From an uncultured Alphaproteobacteria bacterium (GTDB lineage: Bacteria > Pseudomonadota > Alphaproteobacteria > Sphingomonadales > Sphingomonadaceae), in assembly GCA_963790285.1 (NCBI GenBank), contig CAWBNV010000001.1:423891-487890 (forward strand): 64,000 nucleotides of DNA. The letters run 5' to 3'. Each line of letters begins with the position of its first letter. Within the stretch, counting starts at the first letter, position 1. Below, piece by piece: positions 58,926 through 64,000 of this stretch. The notes beneath the pieces were generated by a model, which saw only the letters and a program-made list of their open reading frames with translations, was not told the DNA's origin and did not search any database. The translations under genes and the position numbers were made by a program.

Positions 58926-60071
58926 ATGACCCTTCCCCTCGCTCCGCTCGTCCGCATCGGGACGTACACCGTCGCCCAGCACATCAAGGGCGGCAAGTAC
59001 CCGCTCGTGCTGATGCTCGAGCCGCTGCTCCGCTGCAACCTCGCCTGCCCCGGCTGCGGCAAGATCGACTATCCCGACGCGATCCTCAACCAGCGGCTGA
59101 GCTACGACCAGTGCATGGCCGCGATCGACGAGTGCGGCGCGCCGGCGGTGTCGATCGCCGGCGGCGAGCCCCTGCTCCACCGCGACATGCCGCGGATCGT
59201 CAAGGGCTATATCGCCAAGAAGAAGTTCGTCATCCTCTGCACCAACGCACTGCTGTTGAAGAAGAAGATGGCCGACTATGCGCCGTCGCCCTACTTCACC
59301 TGGTCGATCCACTTGGACGGCGACCGGCAGATGCACGACCACGCCGTCGACCAGGACGGCACCTACGACGTCGCCATCGAGGCGATCGAGCTCGCCAAGG
59401 CCAAGGGCTTCCGCGTCCAGGTCAACTGCACGGTGTTCGACGGGGCCGATCCGGCCAAGCTGGCGAGCTTCTTCGACGAGATGAAGCGCCGCGACGTCGA
59501 GGTGACGATCTCGCCGGGCTATGCCTATGAGCGCGCGGCGAACCAGGACCATTTCCTCAACCGCGAGCGGACCAAGACCTTCTTCCGCGACGTGTTTTCG
59601 CGCGGCAACGGCGGCAAGGACTGGGCGTTCACCAACTCGCCGCTGTTCCTCGACTTCCTCGCCGGCAACCAGACGTACGAATGCACGCCGTGGTCGATGC
59701 CGCTGCGGACCGTCTTCGGCTGGCAGAAGCCGTGCTACCTCGTCGGCGAGGGCTATGTGCCGACCTTCGCCGAGCTGATGGAGGGAACCGACTGGGACCA
59801 GTACGGCGTCGGCAAGTACGAGAAGTGCTCGAACTGCATGGTCCATTGCGGCTTCGAGGGTACGGCGGCGACCGATTCGATCCGCCACCCGCTCAAGATG
59901 TTCAAGATCGGCCGCGAGGGCATCCGCACCGACGGCCCGATGGCGCCCGACATCGACCTGTCGAACGCGCGGCCGGCGCAGGAGACCTTCTCCAACCACG
60001 TCGAACGCGAGTTGGAGCGGATCAAGACCGCCGATCCCGAAGGGTGGAAGCGGGTTCAGAAGGCGGCGTAG
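58926..60071 (+). CDS. hpnH: Adenosyl-hopene transferase (radical SAM)
   Basis: YPLVLMLEPLLRCNLACPGCGKIDYP (CxxxCxxC), CTPWSMP, GWQKPCYL, CSNCMVHCGFE. Confidence 0.95.
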   Translation: MTLPLAPLVRIGTYTVAQHIKGGKYPLVLMLEPLLRCNLACPGCGKIDYPDAILNQRLSYDQCMAAIDECGAPAVSIAGGEPLLHRDMPRIVKGYIAKKKFVILCTNALLLKKKMADYAPSPYFTWSIHLDGDRQMHDHAVDQDGTYDVAIEAIELAKAKGFRVQVNCTVFDGADPAKLASFFDEMKRRDVEVTISPGYAYERAANQDHFLNRERTKTFFRDVFSRGNGGKDWAFTNSPLFLDFLAGNQTYECTPWSMPLRTVFGWQKPCYLVGEGYVPTFAELMEGTDWDQYGVGKYEKCSNCMVHCGFEGTAATDSIRHPLKMFKIGREGIRTDGPMAPDIDLSNARPAQETFSNHVERELERIKTADPEGWKRVQKAA

Positions 60072-60092
60072 ATCAACCAGCGGGGGCGCGAG

Positions 60093-60494
60093 ATGATGCG
60101 ACGGATTTTGTGCGGGATGATCGCGGCGACGCTTGCCGCGCCCGCGGCGGCGATCGAGACGGTCGCGGCGTGGCAGCATACCGGCGCGCTCAACACCCCC
60201 TGCGCCGGGTCGCAGTGCATCATCACCTTCCCGGTCGTGCCGGCGGGCCAGCGGCTCGTCGTCACCGAGGTGATGGCGCAGCTCGGCCCCGCGACCGACA
60301 CGATCGTCCTCGAAGGCGGCTCGGCGACGGGGTTCATCCCGAAGAACAACCCCGGCACGGGCTATGTCGCGCAGCCGATCACCCTGTACTACGAGGCCGG
60401 CAGTGCGCCGCGCGCCCGCATGTTCGTGCCGAACGCGACGGCGACGACATCGCTCATCGTCACGCTGGTCGGGCACCTCGTTCCGGCGCACTGA
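60093..60494 (+). CDS. Hypothetical secreted protein
   Basis: 133 aa; signal peptide, a Cys pair (PCAGSQC), VPAGQRLVVTEV, beta-rich; host-like codon usage. Confidence 0.7.
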   Translation: MMRRILCGMIAATLAAPAAAIETVAAWQHTGALNTPCAGSQCIITFPVVPAGQRLVVTEVMAQLGPATDTIVLEGGSATGFIPKNNPGTGYVAQPITLYYEAGSAPRARMFVPNATATTSLIVTLVGHLVPAH

Positions 60495-61143
60495 CGTCGG
60501 GCGCGCCGAGCCGCGGCCCCATGCACGCCGCTCCCGCGCGAAGTGCACGGAGCGAGGCAAGACTTGTCACGGCGAAGCGCGCGAAACCGGGTACCTGCGC
60601 CGGGTGGCGGACGAGCGAGGCGAGCAGCCGGCGATAGTCGGTCGTTCCGCGCGGCCCCATCGCCACCTGCGCCGCATGCGGCAGCGCGTCGCCGACCGCG
60701 TCTGAAATCAAGCGGATAATCAGGAACGGCAGGCGGTACGCCGCCGCCACCCGCGCCGCGACATGGCTCTCCATGTCGATCGCCACCGGGCCCATCGCGC
60801 CCAGCCCGCGCTTGCGCGCCGGATCGGCGAGGTGCCCGTCGGCATGAACCAGACCGGTTCGTGCTCCGCCGAGCGCCGCCACGACCCGCGCTGCCCAATC
60901 CGCATCGCATGCATAGTCGAAGACCCCGGTGACGCCGCTGCCGACGACCCAGTCGCCGACGTTAAGGTCATCCACAAGCGCGCCGGCGAGCCCCCAGCTG
61001 ACGATCGCCTCGGCGCGCGGGGCGAGACCGTCCAGCGTCGCCGCCAAATAGGTTGCATCCCCGCCCCCGGCGACCGCGCGGACCTGCTCGCCCGCGACCG
61101 CGCGAGCCTCCGCCGCTACCCCGCAGGCGACGAGGATCGTCAC
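60460..61143 (-). CDS. hpnG: Hopanoid-associated nucleoside phosphorylase
   Basis: ILVACGVAAEAR, IVSWGLAGAL, AIDMESHVAARVA, RLISD; directly downstream of shc. Confidence 0.85.
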   Translation of the reverse strand: MTILVACGVAAEARAVAGEQVRAVAGGGDATYLAATLDGLAPRAEAIVSWGLAGALVDDLNVGDWVVGSGVTGVFDYACDADWAARVVAALGGARTGLVHADGHLADPARKRGLGAMGPVAIDMESHVAARVAAAYRLPFLIIRLISDAVGDALPHAAQVAMGPRGTTDYRRLLASLVRHPAQVPGFARFAVTSLASLRALRAGAACMGPRLGAPDVSAPERGARPA

Positions 61144-61158
61144 CGGCTCACCGGGACC

Positions 61159-63090
61159 TCACAGGCCCCAGCGGACGGTCAAGTCGTTGGCGTTGCGCAG
61201 GTTGCGGTAGCGCGCGAGCGCCCACAAGGGGAAGATCTTCGCATAGCCGTGGTAGCGCAGGTAGAAGACGCGCGGGAAGCCGCCGCCGGTATAATGCTCT
61301 TCCGGCCAGACGCCGTCGTCGCCCTGGTTCGCGGTCAGCCACGCCACGCCGCGCGCCACCGCGGGATCGTCGGCGAGCCCCGCCGCCATCAGCCCGAGCA
61401 GCGCCCATGCCGTCTGCGACGCGCGGCTTTCGGCCGGCACGTGCCCCGTGCGGTCGAGCGCATAGCTGTCGCAGCCCTCGCCCCAGCCGCCATCGGCGTT
61501 CTGGATCGCGACCAGCCAGTCGGCGGCGCGCCGGACGGGGGCGTCGGCGGCCGTCATCCCGGCGGCGTTGAGCGCGCACAGCGCCGACCATGTGCCATAG
61601 ATATAGTTGACGCCCCAGCGGCCGAACCAGCTACCGTCGGCCTCTTGCTCCTTGAGCAGGTACGCAACCGCGGCCTGCATCCGTGCGCTTCCCACCGGCT
61701 CGCCGAGCTGGGCGAGCATCGACACGCACCGCGCCGACACGTCGGCGGTGGGCGGATCGAGCAACGCGCCGTGGTCGGCGAACGGGATGTTGTTGAGGTA
61801 ATGATAGCTGTTGTCGGCGTCGAACGCGCCCCAGCCGCCGTCCTGCGACTGGAGCCCGACGGTCCATTCGGCCCCGCGCGCGATCGCCTCGTCGTAGCGC
61901 CCGCCGACGCGGCCGCGGGCGCGGTCGAGAGCGCAGACGACAGCGGCGGTGTCGTCGAGGTCGGGGTAATGCGCATTGTTGTACTGGAACGCCCAGCCGC
62001 CGGGGCGCAGGTCGGGGGCGTTGTCGGCCCAGTCGCCGCGGACGGTCAGCTCCTGCCGCGGGATCAGCCAGTCGAGCCCACGGTCGGCTGCCGCCTCGGC
62101 CTCGGCCGAGCGCACCTCGAGCATCGCATGCGCGGCGAGCGCGGTGTCCCACACGGGCGACAGGCACGGCTGGCAATAGACCTCGCCATCATCGCGGCGG
62201 ACAACCAGCTTCTCGACCGCGGCGCGGGCGATGTCGCGGTGGACGGTGTCGCCCAGTGCGTCGAACATCATCACGCTGTTGGCCATTGCCGGATAGATCG
62301 CGCCGAGCCCGTCGTCGCCGTTCAGCCGCTCGACGACGAAGGCGACGCAGCGTCGAATCGCTCTCGCGCGCAGCCGCTTCGGCCACAGCCCGTCGCCGGC
62401 CTTCAAGATCACATCGAGCGCTCCGAACGCGACCTGCCAGACGCGCTTGGCCCCGGCGACGTTCGACTTCGGCTTGACCGTCACGCGCGGCAGGTAAAGC
62501 TCGTCGACGCGCACGCCGCGCGGGTTCTTGGCGACGGGCTTGAGCGCACCCAGGACGAGCAGCGGGACGATCACCGTCCGCGCCCAGTACGCCATCTTCG
62601 ACAGGTGAACGGAAACCAGCGCGGCGCGAGGATCAGCTCGGGCGGCATCGTCGGGATCGTCGCCCACGGCCCGGCGGCGAACAGCGCGAGCTGGATGCGG
62701 GTGAAGACGTTGACCGCCGCCGCGCCGCCGGCGGCGAGGATCGCGGCGCGCGCGCGGACCATGTGCGGCGCGGCCGTGTCGTCGCCGATCATCTTGAGCG
62801 CGAAATATGCCTTGACGCTCGCCGAGATGTCGAAGTCGCCGGCGTGGAACAGCCCCCAACCGTCGTGCGGCCCCTGGATGCGGCGCAGGTAGCGGCCGAT
62901 CCGCGCCTCGACGTCGGCATCGATCGCCTCGCCGAGATAGTGGCGGAGGAGGATATATTCGGCCGGGATCGTCGCGTCGGCCTCGAGCTCGAACACCCAG
63001 TGGCCGTCGGAGCGCTGCAGCGCCGCGAGCCCCGCCGCTGCACGGTCGACGGCGGAGTCGAGCGTATCGGGGGCGAGCGCGGTCGAGCAT
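61159..63090 (-). CDS. shc: Squalene-hopene cyclase (frameshifts near 63087 and 62610)
   Basis: QRSDGHWVFELEADATIPAEY, GGWAFQYNNAHYPDLDDTA (DxDD), QW repeats (QEADGSWFGRWG, QNADGGWGE), GFPRVFYLRYHGY. Confidence 0.94.
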   Translation of the reverse strand: MLDRARPRYARLRRRPCSGGARGAAALRRPLGVRARGRRDDPGRIYPPPPLSRRGDRCRRRGADRPLPAPHPGAARRLGAVPRRRLRHLGERQGIFRAQDDRRRHGRAAHGPRARRDPRRRRRGGGQRLHPHPARAVRRRAVGDDPDDAARADPRAALVSVHLSKMAYWARTVIVPLLVLGALKPVAKNPRGVRVDELYLPRVTVKPKSNVAGAKRVWQVAFGALDVILKAGDGLWPKRLRARAIRRCVAFVVERLNGDDGLGAIYPAMANSVMMFDALGDTVHRDIARAAVEKLVVRRDDGEVYCQPCLSPVWDTALAAHAMLEVRSAEAEAAADRGLDWLIPRQELTVRGDWADNAPDLRPGGWAFQYNNAHYPDLDDTAAVVCALDRARGRVGGRYDEAIARGAEWTVGLQSQDGGWGAFDADNSYHYLNNIPFADHGALLDPPTADVSARCVSMLAQLGEPVGSARMQAAVAYLLKEQEADGSWFGRWGVNYIYGTWSALCALNAAGMTAADAPVRRAADWLVAIQNADGGWGEGCDSYALDRTGHVPAESRASQTAWALLGLMAAGLADDPAVARGVAWLTANQGDDGVWPEEHYTGGGFPRVFYLRYHGYAKIFPLWALARYRNLRNANDLTVRWGL

Positions 63091-63106
63091 CGCCCCGTTT
63101 AGCCGC

Positions 63107-64000
63107 TTACGCGCGAGCGGCCAACCCCGCTGCGGGGGCCCCGGAGCGAACCGCGCCTTCGATCGTCGCCGGCAGCCCCGTCTGCGTCCAGTCGCCGGCG
63201 ACGAACAGGTTCGCGGCCGCGGTTGTCGCGCCGGGCCGGCGCGCGTCCTGTGCCGGGGTGGCGGCGAAGGTCGCACGCGCCTCCTTGATGATCTGAAACG
63301 ACGGCATCGTCGCCTGAATGTCATACGCACGCTTGATGTCGGCCCACAGGGTCGCGGCGATCGCCTCACGCGGCTGCGCGGCGAGGTCGTCGGCGGCGCT
63401 GACCGTCACCGACACGCGGTCGGCGTGGGCGACGATCCACTCGGCGGTGCCGCCGAGCACGGCGAGGATCGCCGGGACTCCGGCCGGCGGCGGCGCGGCA
63501 AAGTGGGCGTTGACGATGGCGTGGAACTCGGTCGGCACGACGAGACCGGCGACGAGGTCCGCGGCAACCCACGGCGGGACGGCGACGATCACCGCGTCGT
63601 CGGCACCGACCGCAACGGTCGTGTCGCCGATGTGCAGGGCTGTCACGCGCGCTCCTGCAACCTCGACCGCGCGCACCCGCGACGCAAGGCGCACCTCGCT
63701 TCCCCGCGCAGCCAGATAGGCGAGCGCCGGCTCGACGAACGCCGCCGCCAGCGTCGGAACGGCATAAAGCGGGCGCATCGCCGCGCCGCCGGCCCCGATC
63801 GTCTCGCGGACAATCGCGCCGGCGAGCCGCGCCGAGGCTCTATCGGCGGGCGTGTTGAGCGCCGAGCGGAAGAAGGTGTCGAGCAGCCGGTCCCACAGCG
63901 GCCCCGCGGTCGGGATCGTTTCCCGAAGGACGTCATCGGCCCGGGCCCGGAGCAGCCGGGCGAGCGGCAGATAGTCGGCTATGTGCGTCCCCGGCACGCG
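63107..64000 (-). CDS. hpnE: Hydroxysqualene dehydroxylase, C-terminal part (runs off window)
   Basis: ALNTP, IVNAHF, IIKEARATFAATP, NLFVAGDWTQTGLPATIEGAVRSG; lies upstream of shc. Confidence 0.88.
   Translation of the reverse strand, partial: RVPGTHIADYLPLARLLRARADDVLRETIPTAGPLWDRLLDTFFRSALNTPADRASARLAGAIVRETIGAGGAAMRPLYAVPTLAAAFVEPALAYLAARGSEVRLASRVRAVEVAGARVTALHIGDTTVAVGADDAVIVAVPPWVAADLVAGLVVPTEFHAIVNAHFAAPPPAGVPAILAVLGGTAEWIVAHADRVSVTVSAADDLAAQPREAIAATLWADIKRAYDIQATMPSFQIIKEARATFAATPAQDARRPGATTAAANLFVAGDWTQTGLPATIEGAVRSGAPAAGLAARA

Overview
High-GC alphaproteobacterial DNA, most likely Sphingomonadales (inferred from gene content), in four blocks. (1) 1-21547: half of an aerobic anoxygenic photosynthesis gene cluster: bchFNBHLM-lhaA-puhABC-bciE-acsF-puhE-hemA on the minus strand, ppaA/aerR-ppsR-bchG-pucC-bchP-tspO on the plus strand, and cytochrome c2. 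It ends at tRNA-Gly(CCC). (2) About 21.8-44.2 kb, between tRNA-Gly and tRNA-Glu(CTC): an accessory catabolic island with two periplasmic PQQ-type dehydrogenases and partner cytochromes c, glcDEF, GntR, an FAH hydrolase, three SDRs, an MFS, ThuA, an MBL, a YVTN propeller and a TonB receptor. Four copies of a shared operator tie it together. (3) 44.3-54.3 kb: DAHP synthase, an iron TonB receptor with piuC, gor, csaA and an M28 peptidase. This block also holds an unusual small array at 49250-50134: two atypical-composition genes separated by short palindromic repeats that carry their own promoters, next to a LexA box and a dispersed TGTAGGACAGCG motif. The layout is integron-like, but no integrase is present in the window. 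(4) 54.4-64 kb: hopanoid cluster (hpnN, hpnM, ispH, hpnH, hpnG, shc, hpnE). About 14 reading-frame breaks, mostly apparent single-base indels in conserved genes, suggest long-read assembly errors. All product calls come from motif recognition, not from database searches.
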